From Elusimicrobiota bacterium (lineage in GTDB: Bacteria; Elusimicrobiota; Elusimicrobia; UBA1565; UBA9628): a stretch of DNA of 64,000 nt. The stretch is taken from contig JACRDT010000012.1 in the NCBI GenBank assembly GCA_016212795.1, positions 19,975 through 83,974 of the forward strand. Reading direction: 5' to 3'. Below are positions 1-8,981 of this stretch, piece by piece. Each line of letters begins with the position of its first letter. Position 1 is the first letter of the stretch. Under the pieces are notes generated by a model. It did not search any database, was not told the DNA's origin, and saw only the letters and a program-made list of their open reading frames with translations. The position numbers and the translations under genes were made by a program.

Positions 1-1
1 C

Positions 2-886
2 GGCATCCCCGTCCAGGGCACGGTCGCCAAGGAGGTGAAGGGCGGCTTCGAGGTCCGCATCGGCGGCGGCGTGCGGGCCTTCTGCCCCTTCTCCCAGATG
101 GGAGTCCGCAAGGACGAGAACCAGGCCGAGTACGTCGGGAAATCCCTCATGTTCAAGATCACCGAGTGCGCGGAGCGCAACGTCGTCGTCTCCCGGAAGG
201 CCATCCTGGAGGTCGAGCGTCAGGAGAAGGCGCGGGCGCTGAAAGAGTCGATGAAGGTGGGGATGCGGGTAGAGGGGAAGGTGACCTCCATCCAGAAGTT
301 CGGCGCCTTCGTCGACCTCGGCGGCGTGGAGGGGCTGATCCCGGTCTCCGAGATCGCCTGGGGCAGGACGGAGAAGGTGGGCGACAAGCTCTCGGTGGGC
401 CAGGCCGTCGAGGTGGTCGTCAAGAAGCTGGACTGGGAGAGCAACAGGGTGTCGTTGAGCATGAAGGACGCCCTCCCCGACCCCTGGGAGCGCGCGGCCG
501 AGCTCTGGCCCGTGGGCTCCTACCATCACGGGACCGTCGTCAGGCTCGCCACGTTCGGCGCGTTCGTCTCCATGGGCGAGGGGGTCGACGGGCTCGTCCA
601 CATCTCCAGGATGGCCTCCGGCAGGAGGATCGGCCATCCGCGCGAGGTGCTGAAAGAAGGGCAGACCGTCGAGGTCCGGGTGGAGGCGGTCGACCGAGAG
701 GGCAAGAAGCTCTCGCTCTCCCTGGCGGCGATCACCCGCGCGGCGGAGGAGGAAGCCGCCACCCTGAAAGCCTACCAGGACCAGGCTTCGGCCGCCCCGC
801 AGAACATCGGGTCGCTGGGGGAGATGCTCAAGGCCAAGCTGGGGCAGGAAGAAGACCCGGCGCGGGACGCGGACGAGACGGAGTAG
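2..886 (+). CDS. rpsA: 30S ribosomal protein S1, C-terminal portion (5' end lies upstream of window)
   Basis: Frame-2 ORF open from the first base; repeated S1 OB-fold motifs (..GxV..I.KFGAFVDLGGVEGLIPVSEI.., ..GTVVRLATFGAFVSMGEGVDGLVHISRM..); stop TAG 884-886. Confidence 0.8.
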   Translation, partial: GIPVQGTVAKEVKGGFEVRIGGGVRAFCPFSQMGVRKDENQAEYVGKSLMFKITECAERNVVVSRKAILEVERQEKARALKESMKVGMRVEGKVTSIQKFGAFVDLGGVEGLIPVSEIAWGRTEKVGDKLSVGQAVEVVVKKLDWESNRVSLSMKDALPDPWERAAELWPVGSYHHGTVVRLATFGAFVSMGEGVDGLVHISRMASGRRIGHPREVLKEGQTVEVRVEAVDREGKKLSLSLAAITRAAEEEAATLKAYQDQASAAPQNIGSLGEMLKAKLGQEEDPARDADETE

Positions 887-905
887 GCGTCCGGGCGGGA
901 CCGCC

Positions 906-2912
906 ATGCCCGGCAAGAAGAAGCTGCGCGTGGCGTTGTGCTCCTGGGAGACCGGCCGCGCCGGCGAGGGCCTGGGGGTCAAGGTCGGGGGCCTGGGCCA
1001 GGTGGTCGAGGAACTCCCGCCGGAACTGATCCTCGCCGCGGCCCGCCAGGGCCTGGCGCTCGAGGTGGAGACCCTCTCCCCGTGCTTCGCCCACTACGAC
1101 CGCAGCAGGCTCAGGAAGCTCCCTCTCAGGGTCCCGGCCGCCATCGAGGGTCACGCGTTCGAGTTCGACGTCTACGAGCACCGTTTCCTCGAATCGGTCG
1201 AATCCCCCGATGAGACCACGGCGGAGGTGGGGTTCAAGTCCGTCTATTTCTGGGACGAAGGGCAGCTGCATTGGACCAAGGCCGACGCCGTCTACCCGCA
1301 CGACCCCTGGCTGGGGCTCAAGATGTACTCGGCCGTCGCCCAGGCCATGGCCGGCTACATCCGACAGGGGGGCTTCCAGACCGTGCACTTGCACGACTAC
1401 CACGTGGGGCTGGTGCCGTTCTTCCTCGGGGACGGCTTCCTGCGGCGGGTCCCGGCGCACCTGACCATCCACAACGCCAGCTACCAGGGCGTCACGCCTC
1501 TCCAGGGGGGAGGGTACGCCACGCTGGACCGCGTGGGCCTGCCCGGCGAGAAGCTGTTCCACAAGTACTTCGACTTCTTCGACAACGTGAACCTTCTCAA
1601 GGGGTGCATGCTCAAGGTCGCCGAGCACGGCGGCCGGGTCACGACGGTGAGCGGCGACCTCGCGGGCTCCTGGGGCTACGCCGCCGAGCTGCAAGAGAGC
1701 CACGCCGCGCTCCTCGAGCGGGCCCGGCGCATCGCGGGCCGCGAGCCCGGCCGGGTCTTTCTGCCCAACCGCCATCTCGACGTCCTGGAGAAGCTGCCCG
1801 TGGCGGGCATCACCAACGGCCTGCGCCGCCGCCACCGGCCGGAGTCCATGCCTGAGATCGATTGCGTGCACCTGCGGGAGGAGTCGGACCGCCTCAAGGC
1901 GCGCTACGGGAGCGGCGTGCGCCTGTTCGGGAGCGACGAGGTCGAGCGGGAGATGCTCGCCCGCGACCACCGTTTCGACGCGGGCCGCCTCGAGGTCAAG
2001 GCCGAGCTCAAGCGCCTGCTCCACCTGGAGGTCTTCGGCCGCCCGGCGCCTCCGGGCGACCCTTGCGACCTGCGGCACCGGGCGAGAGGAGAACATCCGC
2101 GCCCGGCGCCTCCGGGCGGCCCTTGCGCCCTGCGGCACCGGGCGAGAGGAGAACATCCGCGCCCGGCCCGGGGCGCGCCCGCCGTCTTCGGCGTGGTGGG
2201 CAGGCTCGTGGAGCAGAAGAACCTCGGGCTCGTCGCCGACATCGCCGACCGCGTCCTGGGCCACGACGCCATGGCGCGCTTCGTCGTCCTGGCCTCCGCC
2301 CCCCTCGACGACGCCTGGGCCCGGGGCGTGGAGGGCCGGTTCCGCGACCTGGCCGGCCGCCACCCGGGGCGGGTCTGCTTCAACAACGGGTTCGACCCGT
2401 GCCTGGGCAAGCTCATCCTGGCCGGCTCGGACTTCATCCTGCTGCCCTCGCGCTTCGAGCCCTGCGGCCTGGTGGACTACGAGGCCGCGCTCCTGGGCAC
2501 CATCCCCGTCGGCCGGGCCACCGGGGGCCTGACGAAGACCCGCCACTGCGCTTACCTCTACGAGTGGCAGGACGTGGCCGACCCAGGCGGCGAGGCCGAG
2601 GCCTTCCTGGCCAAGATCAAGGAGGCCCTGGGCGTGTTCCGCGAGGACCACCCGCGCCACCAGGCGCTCATGCGCTCGGCCATGGCGACCGACACGGATT
2701 GGGGGCCGTCGGCCGCGCAGTACGTGGACCTCTACCGCTACGGCCTGCTGGCCCGGGACTGGGCGGCCGTGCGCCGGGGGTCCCCCGAGGAGTTCGCCGC
2801 GTCGCTCGGGCCCGACCGCGAGCTGTTCGCGCGCTTCTTCGCCCCGGCCCTGGCCGAATACGGCCACCCCTTCGACCGGGAGCTCGCGCGTCTCCTGGGC
2901 GAAGTTCTATAA
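906..2912 (+). CDS. glgA: Glycogen/starch synthase-like glycosyltransferase (GT5, GlgA family), unusually long (668 aa) with internal repeat insertion
   Basis: N-terminal KVGGLGQVV (cf. GlgA KxGGLxDVV) and HLHDYHVGLVPFFL (cf. HxHDWH); C-terminal GT-B motifs GRLVEQKN, SRFEPCGL, GTIPVGRATGGL; ATG 906 follows rpsA by 19 nt. Confidence 0.75.
   Translation: MPGKKKLRVALCSWETGRAGEGLGVKVGGLGQVVEELPPELILAAARQGLALEVETLSPCFAHYDRSRLRKLPLRVPAAIEGHAFEFDVYEHRFLESVESPDETTAEVGFKSVYFWDEGQLHWTKADAVYPHDPWLGLKMYSAVAQAMAGYIRQGGFQTVHLHDYHVGLVPFFLGDGFLRRVPAHLTIHNASYQGVTPLQGGGYATLDRVGLPGEKLFHKYFDFFDNVNLLKGCMLKVAEHGGRVTTVSGDLAGSWGYAAELQESHAALLERARRIAGREPGRVFLPNRHLDVLEKLPVAGITNGLRRRHRPESMPEIDCVHLREESDRLKARYGSGVRLFGSDEVEREMLARDHRFDAGRLEVKAELKRLLHLEVFGRPAPPGDPCDLRHRARGEHPRPAPPGGPCALRHRARGEHPRPARGAPAVFGVVGRLVEQKNLGLVADIADRVLGHDAMARFVVLASAPLDDAWARGVEGRFRDLAGRHPGRVCFNNGFDPCLGKLILAGSDFILLPSRFEPCGLVDYEAALLGTIPVGRATGGLTKTRHCAYLYEWQDVADPGGEAEAFLAKIKEALGVFREDHPRHQALMRSAMATDTDWGPSAAQYVDLYRYGLLARDWAAVRRGSPEEFAASLGPDRELFARFFAPALAEYGHPFDRELARLLGEVL
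2041..2170 (+). repeat. 60-bp in-frame tandem duplication (2 copies with 2 mismatches, plus a partial third) inside the glgA-like CDS
   Basis: 2041-2100 and 2101-2160 are near-identical (RPAPPGDPCDLRHRARGEHP / RPAPPGGPCALRHRARGEHP); partial third unit 2161-2170. Confidence 0.9.
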
Positions 2913-2933
2913 TACAGGTTCCAGCCGATCCCG

Positions 2934-5105
2934 ATGACCAGAACGAATCTCCTCGCGGCGTCGCTCGCCGGCCTGCTGCTTTGGGCGTGGGCCGCGGCAG
3001 CGGCCTCGCCGTCGGCCGCGGCGCCGGCCCCGCCTCCCGTGGAGGGGGCTTCCCGCCTGGCCAAGTCCCATTTCCTCAAGGGAAGCCTGCTCGAGAAGCG
3101 CGGGGAGTACGTTCAAGCCCTGCAGGAGTACGAGAAGGCGTTCTCGTACGACCCCGGGTCAGCGTACATCTGCCGGCAGGCGGCGCAGGCCGCCATCGAG
3201 GCGGGCAAGAACGACGACGCCGCCGTCTGGGTCGCGAAGCTCGACGCCCTCGACCCGGCGAACCCCCAGACCAAGGTGCTGGTGGGCCGGGTCCAGTGGG
3301 TCTCGGGCAAGGTGGAGGAGGCGGAGAGGACGTTCGAGGAAGCCTTGAAGCTCAACCCCCAGGCCAGCGACACCATCTTCTCGCTGGCCAGCCTCCTGAG
3401 CACCCGCTCCCCCGAGAAGGCCAAGAAGCTCTTCTTGCGCTACATGGAGGAGGATCCGGACAACGCGGTCGAAGGGCATTACCAGATCGGCCTCATGGAG
3501 GCGCGCGAGGGCAAGGTCAAGGAGGCGGAGGCGAGCTTCCGGGCGGCGTTGGGGCTGGAGCCGGACTCCCTGTCCATCAGGTACAGCCTCGCCGAGCTCT
3601 ACGAGGTCGCCAGGGACACCGACGCGGCCCTGGCCGAGTATCTTGAGATCCAGAGGCTCGACTCCCGGAACGTGGAGCTCGTCAACCATATCGGCGAGAT
3701 CTACCAGGTCAAGGGGATGCTCGACGAGGCCCGGGCCCAGTTCGAGTCCGCCAAGGCCCTCTCGCCGAGCGACCCCGTCTCCAGCCTGTACCTGGCCACG
3801 CTCTGCGAGGCCCGGGGCGAGCACGCCCGGGCCGCGGAGCACCTCAAGACCAGCGCGGCCCTCAAGGACGACATCTGGCTGAACCTGCGCCTGAGCTACT
3901 TCCTGACCCAGGCGGGCCGGCTCAAGGAGGCCGTCGCGGTCCTCGAGGACGCCGCCAGGCGCTGGCCCGCCAACGACGAGGTGGCGTATTATCTCTCGCT
4001 CGGCTATGACGACCTCAAGCTCGGCCCCAAGGCCATCGCGCTCCTGCGCTCCATCCTCGCCCGCAAGCCCGCCTATCGGGACGCCCGCTACCAGCTCGCC
4101 GTCCTGCTGGAGCGGTACGGGAAGATGGACGAGGCCGAGAAGGAGTTCCGCAGGCTGCTGGAGGCCAACCCCGACGACGCCGGCATCCTCAACTACCTGG
4201 GCTATTCCCTCGCCGACCGCGGGGCGAAGCTCGACGACGCGGAGGAGCTCATCGACAGGGCCGTGGAGCTCGACCCAAAGAACGGGGCCTTCCAGGACTC
4301 CCTCGGCTGGGTCTACTTCAAGCAGGGGAGGTCCACGGAGTCGGTGCGCGAGCTCGAAGGGGCCGTGCGCAAGCTGCCGGAGGACTCCACGATCTGGGAC
4401 CACCTCGGGGACGCCCACTCCCAGGCGGGCGACCCGGAGGCGGCGTGGCGCGCCTGGATGAAGGCCCAGTCCCTGGAGCCGTCGAGCGTCAAGTTCGGCA
4501 AGAAGGCCGCCCGCGTCCAGGACAAGTTCGACCCGGTCCGGCTGGGCGGGTTCTTCCTGGACCACGTCGGGCAGGTCCAGGGCGGCATCGAGAAATACAG
4601 CGGCCTTTGCGAGGTGAAGATGATGTTCCTCGGCAAGACCTTCACCTACAACGGCGTGCTGACCGCGCGGGGCGCCGCGCTCGACGTCGACATCCTGGGC
4701 CCGCTCTTCACGCCGATCATGCGCGCCCGCCTGGGCGAGGATGGGTTCACGATGGACCCCATCCGCATCGAGGGCGTCTCGACCGAGGCCCTCATGGACG
4801 AGGCCTTCCGGGCCTTCCAGACCATGAGCGACTACCTGTCGGGCAAGGTCTTCCGGGACAAGCCGGTCACCTACGGGGCGTCCTGGTTCAACCAATGGGT
4901 GGAGATGCCGGACTCGAGGCTCTTCCTCGGCGCCGACCGCCTGCGCGTGGAGCGGCTCGAGCCCAAGGACAAGGAAGGCGTCGGGCTGGCCCTGGGCGAC
5001 TTCGTCGTGCAGCGCGGGCGCCACGTCCCTTCGCGCCTGACCGTGGAGGGGAAAGGCTTCAGGCTCGCCATCAAGATGAAGGGCCTCAACGTCGTCTTCA
5101 AGTGA
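2934..5105 (+). CDS. Secreted TPR-repeat protein with C-terminal LolB/DUF4292-like lipoprotein-localisation fold
   Basis: Signal peptide MTRTNLLAASLAGLLLWAWAAAAA; many TPR-like repeats; C-terminal ~230 aa resemble LolB/DUF4292; position directly upstream of ispE matches classic lolB-ispE synteny. Confidence 0.65.
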   Translation: MTRTNLLAASLAGLLLWAWAAAAASPSAAAPAPPPVEGASRLAKSHFLKGSLLEKRGEYVQALQEYEKAFSYDPGSAYICRQAAQAAIEAGKNDDAAVWVAKLDALDPANPQTKVLVGRVQWVSGKVEEAERTFEEALKLNPQASDTIFSLASLLSTRSPEKAKKLFLRYMEEDPDNAVEGHYQIGLMEAREGKVKEAEASFRAALGLEPDSLSIRYSLAELYEVARDTDAALAEYLEIQRLDSRNVELVNHIGEIYQVKGMLDEARAQFESAKALSPSDPVSSLYLATLCEARGEHARAAEHLKTSAALKDDIWLNLRLSYFLTQAGRLKEAVAVLEDAARRWPANDEVAYYLSLGYDDLKLGPKAIALLRSILARKPAYRDARYQLAVLLERYGKMDEAEKEFRRLLEANPDDAGILNYLGYSLADRGAKLDDAEELIDRAVELDPKNGAFQDSLGWVYFKQGRSTESVRELEGAVRKLPEDSTIWDHLGDAHSQAGDPEAAWRAWMKAQSLEPSSVKFGKKAARVQDKFDPVRLGGFFLDHVGQVQGGIEKYSGLCEVKMMFLGKTFTYNGVLTARGAALDVDILGPLFTPIMRARLGEDGFTMDPIRIEGVSTEALMDEAFRAFQTMSDYLSGKVFRDKPVTYGASWFNQWVEMPDSRLFLGADRLRVERLEPKDKEGVGLALGDFVVQRGRHVPSRLTVEGKGFRLAIKMKGLNVVFK

Positions 5106-5962
5106 AGATCCAATGCCCCGCCCGCATCAGCCTCTTCCTTGACGCCGCGGCGGACTCGATCCCCGGAGCGGCGCTCTTCGCCAAGATCAACCTCTACGAC
5201 GACCTTGAGCTCGCCGTCTCGCGCTCCGGCGGCGTCGAGCTGGCCGCCGAGTCGCAAGACCCCCTGCCGCAGGGTCCGGGCAACAGCGTCCTGGCGGCGG
5301 TCCGCGCGTTCCGCCGGGCCTTCGGGGTGGGGCTGGGCGTGCGCCTGCGGCTGGTCAAGCGCATCCCCATCGGCGCGGGCTTGGGGGGGGCGGCGTCGGA
5401 CGCGGCCGGCGCTCTCCGGGGGATGGCAAGGCTGTTCGTGCCGTCCCCCGGAAGGGTCGGCGTCAAGCTCATGAAGCTGGCCAAAGAGCTTGGCCGTGAT
5501 GTTCCGTTCTTTCTTCAGCCCTCGCCTGTCTGCGCGGTGCGGGGAAGCCGGCTCCAGCCGGTGGCGGTGACGAGGGTCCTGCCGTACCTGATCGTGGTCT
5601 ACCCGGGCTTCCGGACGGCGGCGAGAGGGGGGCGGACGGTCTTTCCGAGGTCCCCTCGCCCCGTCGAATTGACAAGGCTTTCCCTTCTTGATAAACTGGT
5701 CCGCAGCCTGGAAGAAGGCAGGTCGCTCCCTCGGTGGGAGGAGTTCCTCTTCAACCGTTGGGAAGAGGCCGGTTCTCCCGTCCAGGCGCGGGTGGCCCAG
5801 GTCAGGCGCATCCTGGAGCGGCTGGGCTTGCGCGGCGTGCGGATGGCCGGGTCCGGGACGTCGGTTTTCGGGTTCGTTTCTTCCTTCACCGAAGGGGAGA
5901 GGCTGGTGAAGGTCCTCCGGGAATACCCTTGGAGGGCGTTCCTTACTTGCTGCAACGGTTAG
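5102..5962 (+). CDS. ispE: 4-diphosphocytidyl-2-C-methyl-D-erythritol kinase
   Basis: GHMP-kinase motif KRIPIGAGLGGAASDAAG; GTG start 5102 overlaps upstream stop (GTGA); length 286 aa typical of IspE. The listed 505-aa ORF 4445..5962 is the same frame read through the upstream gene in another frame. Confidence 0.8.
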   Translation: MKIQCPARISLFLDAAADSIPGAALFAKINLYDDLELAVSRSGGVELAAESQDPLPQGPGNSVLAAVRAFRRAFGVGLGVRLRLVKRIPIGAGLGGAASDAAGALRGMARLFVPSPGRVGVKLMKLAKELGRDVPFFLQPSPVCAVRGSRLQPVAVTRVLPYLIVVYPGFRTAARGGRTVFPRSPRPVELTRLSLLDKLVRSLEEGRSLPRWEEFLFNRWEEAGSPVQARVAQVRRILERLGLRGVRMAGSGTSVFGFVSSFTEGERLVKVLREYPWRAFLTCCNG

Positions 5963-5968
5963 ACAACT

Positions 5969-6274
5969 TTGGAAATCACTGAGATCCGCGTGCATCTTCG
6001 CCATGAGGACAAGCTCAAGGCTTTCGCCACCGTCACGTTCGATAATTGCTTCGTCGTGCGCAACATGAAGATCATCGAGGGCAACAAAGGCCTCATCCTA
6101 TGCATGCCTTCCCGCAAGCTGCCGGACGGGACCTACAAGGACATCGCCCATCCGATCAATGTCCCGTTCCGCAAGCTGCTGGAAGACAAGGTGATGTCCT
6201 GCTATCAGGAAGAAATCAAGAAGGCCGGCAAGAACCCCCCGCCGGCCCCCGGTCCGCACGACGACGGGGAATGA
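5969..6274 (+). CDS. spoVG: Septation protein SpoVG
   Basis: MEITEIRVHL..KLKAFATVTFDNCFVVRNMKIIEGNKGLILCMPSRKLPDGTYKDIAHPIN is a near-canonical SpoVG sequence; TTG start 6 nt after ispE stop. Confidence 0.85.
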   Translation: MEITEIRVHLRHEDKLKAFATVTFDNCFVVRNMKIIEGNKGLILCMPSRKLPDGTYKDIAHPINVPFRKLLEDKVMSCYQEEIKKAGKNPPPAPGPHDDGE

Positions 6275-6336
6275 TGGCACAGCGCGTTCCCCGCGGAAGG
6301 AAGGCCTGATGAAACATTATGTCCCCCCCGGACGGA

Positions 6337-6363
6337 GTCGTCCCCCCCGCGGGGGGGGACGAC
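6337..6363 (+). repeat. Perfect 12-bp G/C homopolymer hairpin (GTCGTCCCCCCC-GCG-GGGGGGGACGAC); variant of the C7-GCG-G7 hairpin family
   Basis: 6337-6348 is the exact reverse complement of 6352-6363 with a GCG loop; lies 63 nt after spoVG stop and 7 nt before tRNA-Gln. Confidence 0.85.
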
Positions 6364-6369
6364 GACATC

Positions 6370-6440
6370 TCCCAGGTGGTGAAACGGTATCACAGCGGAC
6401 TTTGAATCCGTTATTCCTGGTTCAAGTCCAGGCCTGGGAA
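6370..6440 (+). tRNA. tRNA-Gln (anticodon TTG)
   Basis: Hand-folded cloverleaf: acceptor TCCCAGG/CCTGGGA (7 bp), D-arm GTGA-AACGGTA-TCAC, anticodon arm GCGGA-CTTTGAA-TCCGT (T33, anticodon TTG, A37), T-arm CCTGG-TTCAAGT-CCAGG, discriminator A; T-arm and variable region closely match E. coli tRNA-Gln. Confidence 0.8.
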
Positions 6441-6454
6441 TACCTGGTGAAGCC

Positions 6455-7861
6455 ATGAACAGGATAGGACGCAAGCCAGCCCGCTCGACGGGCGTGCTCA
6501 TCCTGGCCGCGGGCCAGGGCACCAGGATGGAGTCGGCGTTGCCCAAGGTCCTCCACCCCGTCGGCGGCCGGCCGATGATCTACTACATCCTGAGGGTCGC
6601 CAACGCCCTCAAGCCGGCGGCCATCGGCGTCGTGGTCGGGCACGAGGCCCAGGCCGTCAAGGACGAGGTCCTCCAGATCGCCAAGGACTGCGGCATCGTG
6701 CGCCCCATCCAGTTCATCCAGCAGAAAAAGCCGCTGGGCAGCGGCAACGCGGTGGTGGAGTCGATCCCTTTCCTCAGGAAGGCCACGGGCGCGATGGTGC
6801 TCTGCGGCGACACGCCGCTCCTGACCTACGAGAGCCTGGCGTCGCTCCAGCGCATCCACGAGGAGCAGAAGGCCCAGGCGACGCTCCTGACGGCGCGCCT
6901 CGTCCACCCCAAAGGCTACGGCAGGATCCTCCGCAGCCCCACCGGCGACGTGCTGCGCATCGTCGAGGAGTCGGTCGCGACCCCCAAGGAGGCCGCGATC
7001 AACGAGGTCAACTCGGGGGCCTACTGCTTCGAGGTCGCCGCCCTCCTGGCGGGCCTGGGCGAGATCGGGGCCAAGGGGCCCAAGGCGGAGCATTTCCTGA
7101 CGGACATCCTGGAGCTGGTGCGCAACAAGGGGGGGAGGATCAACGCCCATCTGAGCTCCACCCCGGAGGAGGTCCTGGGCATCAACAACCGCGTCCAGCT
7201 GGCCACCGCCGAGCGCATCATCAACCGGAGGATGCTCGAGAGGCTGATGCTCTCGGGCGTCACCGTCCTCGACCCGTCCTCCACCCACGCGGACGCCGAC
7301 GTCGAGGTGGGGCAGGACTCGGTCATCGAGCCGTTCACCGTCCTGCGGGGCAGGACCAAGATCGGGACCCGCTGCCGCGTCGGGCCGTTCTGCTTCCTGG
7401 AGAACGCCCAGGTCGGCAACGAGTGCGACATCCGCCTCTCGCAGGTGCGGGACTGCCGGATCCTGGAGAAGTGCTCGATCGGGCCGTACAGCAACATCCG
7501 GCCGGAGTGCGTGATCGGGCCCCGCGCCAAGGTCGGCAATTTCTCCGAGGTCAAGGCCTCGCGGGTGGGGTTCGGGTCCAAGGTCCCCCACCTCAGCTAC
7601 ATCGGCGACGCGGAGATCCGCGAGGACGTGAACGTCGGGGCGGGCACCGTGACCTGCAACTACGACGGCAAGCAGAAGCACAAGACGACGATCGAGGCGG
7701 GGGCCTTCATCGGGAGCGGGACCATGCTGGTCGCCCCCGTGCGGGTCGGCAAGAAGGCCGTCACCGGCGCCGGGGCGGTCGTCACCAGGGACGTCGCCGA
7801 CGGGACGACGGTCGTGGGCGTGCCGGCCAGGCCCTTCGCCAGGAATGGCGCGAAGGCATGA
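6455..7861 (+). CDS. glmU: Bifunctional UDP-N-acetylglucosamine pyrophosphorylase / glucosamine-1-phosphate N-acetyltransferase
   Basis: N-terminal LILAAGQGTRMESALPKVLH; C-terminal left-handed beta-helix hexapeptide repeats (VGPFCFLENAQVGNECDIRLSQVRDCRI..); 468 aa. Confidence 0.9.
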   Translation: MNRIGRKPARSTGVLILAAGQGTRMESALPKVLHPVGGRPMIYYILRVANALKPAAIGVVVGHEAQAVKDEVLQIAKDCGIVRPIQFIQQKKPLGSGNAVVESIPFLRKATGAMVLCGDTPLLTYESLASLQRIHEEQKAQATLLTARLVHPKGYGRILRSPTGDVLRIVEESVATPKEAAINEVNSGAYCFEVAALLAGLGEIGAKGPKAEHFLTDILELVRNKGGRINAHLSSTPEEVLGINNRVQLATAERIINRRMLERLMLSGVTVLDPSSTHADADVEVGQDSVIEPFTVLRGRTKIGTRCRVGPFCFLENAQVGNECDIRLSQVRDCRILEKCSIGPYSNIRPECVIGPRAKVGNFSEVKASRVGFGSKVPHLSYIGDAEIREDVNVGAGTVTCNYDGKQKHKTTIEAGAFIGSGTMLVAPVRVGKKAVTGAGAVVTRDVADGTTVVGVPARPFARNGAKA

Positions 7862-7940
7862 AGCTTTGATGCCCAGTCCGGAGCTCCCTGGGAGCCGCGA
7901 AGCGGCCGCCAGGGGATCACGCAGGAAAAGGGGGTCGTGC

Positions 7941-8957
7941 ATGAGTCCTCAGATCGTCTGGCCGGAGACCATGGTGAGCGCGAAGCCCGAGGCGAAGCCC
8001 GGCGCCGCGCCCCAAGTCCGGCTCTTCGGGCAGTTGAAGCTCTTCTCGGGGAACGCCAACCGGCCGTTGTCCGAGGCGATCGCCAAGTACCTCAAGACGG
8101 ACCTGAGCAGCGCGGACGTCGGACGCTTCGCGGACGGCGAGATCAGCGTCCGGATCGAGGAGAACGTCCGGGGCTGCGACTGCTACGTGATCCAGCCGAC
8201 CTGCCGCCCGGCCAACGAGCACTTGATGGAGCTGCTGGTCATGCTCGACGCCCTCCGGCGGGCGTCGGCGGGGCGCATCACCGCGGTCATCCCCTACTTC
8301 GGCTACGCCCGCGCGGACCGCAAGACCGCCCCGAGGATGCCGATCGCCGCCAAGCTCATGGCCAACCTGATCACGACGGCCGGCGCGAACCGGGTCATCA
8401 CCATGGACCTGCACGCGGGCCAGATCCAGGGCTTCTTCGACATCCCGGTGGACCATCTTTACGCGGCGCCCGTCGTCATCGAGTACATGAAGAGGAAGAG
8501 GCTCGTCAACCCCGTGGTCGTGTCGCCCGACGTTGGCGGCGTCGAGCGGGCGCGCGCCTTCGCCAAGAGGCTCACGGCGGACCTGGCGATCATCGACAAG
8601 CGACGGCCGCGGCCCAACGAGGCCTCGGTCTACAACCTCATCGGCGACGTGAAGGGGCGGGTGGCGGTCATCCTCGACGACATCGTGGACACCGGCGGGA
8701 CGCTGACCAAGGTGGCCAGCAAGATCCGCGAGTCCGGCGCCGTCAAGGTGTACGCCGCGTGCGTGCACGGCGTGCTGTCGGGCTGCGCGGCGGACCTGGT
8801 GAAGAAGTCGGATCTCGAGGAGCTGATCCTGACCGACTCCATCCCCGTCTCGCACCTGGCGGGCAGCAAGATCAGGGTGTTGTCCATCGCGCCGCTCATG
8901 GGAGAAGCGATCTCCCGCAATCACCAGGGACAATCCATCAGCGCGCTCTTCGTCTGA
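7941..8957 (+). CDS. prs: Ribose-phosphate pyrophosphokinase
   Basis: KLFSGNANRPLSEAIAKYL, PRPP-binding site VAVILDDIVDTGGTL; ATG 7941 preceded by AAAGGGGG Shine-Dalgarno (alternative in-frame ATG at 7971); upstream part of the listed ORF (from 7845) overlaps glmU and is rejected. Confidence 0.85.
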   Translation: MSPQIVWPETMVSAKPEAKPGAAPQVRLFGQLKLFSGNANRPLSEAIAKYLKTDLSSADVGRFADGEISVRIEENVRGCDCYVIQPTCRPANEHLMELLVMLDALRRASAGRITAVIPYFGYARADRKTAPRMPIAAKLMANLITTAGANRVITMDLHAGQIQGFFDIPVDHLYAAPVVIEYMKRKRLVNPVVVSPDVGGVERARAFAKRLTADLAIIDKRRPRPNEASVYNLIGDVKGRVAVILDDIVDTGGTLTKVASKIRESGAVKVYAACVHGVLSGCAADLVKKSDLEELILTDSIPVSHLAGSKIRVLSIAPLMGEAISRNHQGQSISALFV

Positions 8958-8981
8958 GCGCGGCAATCAAGGGGTAGCGTC

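Noticed and set aside
828-2867. Long minus-strand ORF (679 aa) antisense to glgA; similar long antisense or shifted-frame ORFs occur throughout (e.g. 1862..3646 +, 3159..5024 -, 6422..7942 -, 8967..10319 -, 10695..12125 -, 11944..13851 -, 13969..15933 +, 15654..17459 +, 16438..18420 -, 21697..24258 -, 24565..26220 -, 28377..30857 -, 36267..38129 -, 38689..42360 -, 47011..48966 -, 53937..55472 +)
   Set aside because: Translations are Arg/Gly/Pro/Ala-rich low-complexity strings with no recognisable motifs, and each overlaps a gene with clear homology signatures. Long open antisense frames are expected in ~70% GC DNA with G/C-rich third positions.
4445-5962. 505-aa ORF spanning the end of the TPR/LolB-like gene and ispE
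   Set aside because: Only the last 286 codons (from GTG 5102) match IspE. The upstream part is an alternate frame of the preceding gene with a junk translation.
7845-7940. Upstream extension of prs (start at 7845, overlapping glmU)
   Set aside because: The N-terminal extension is low-complexity (RRHEALMPSPELPGSREAAARGSRRKRGS) and overlaps the glmU stop. ATG 7941 has a Shine-Dalgarno and yields a canonical Prs N-terminus.
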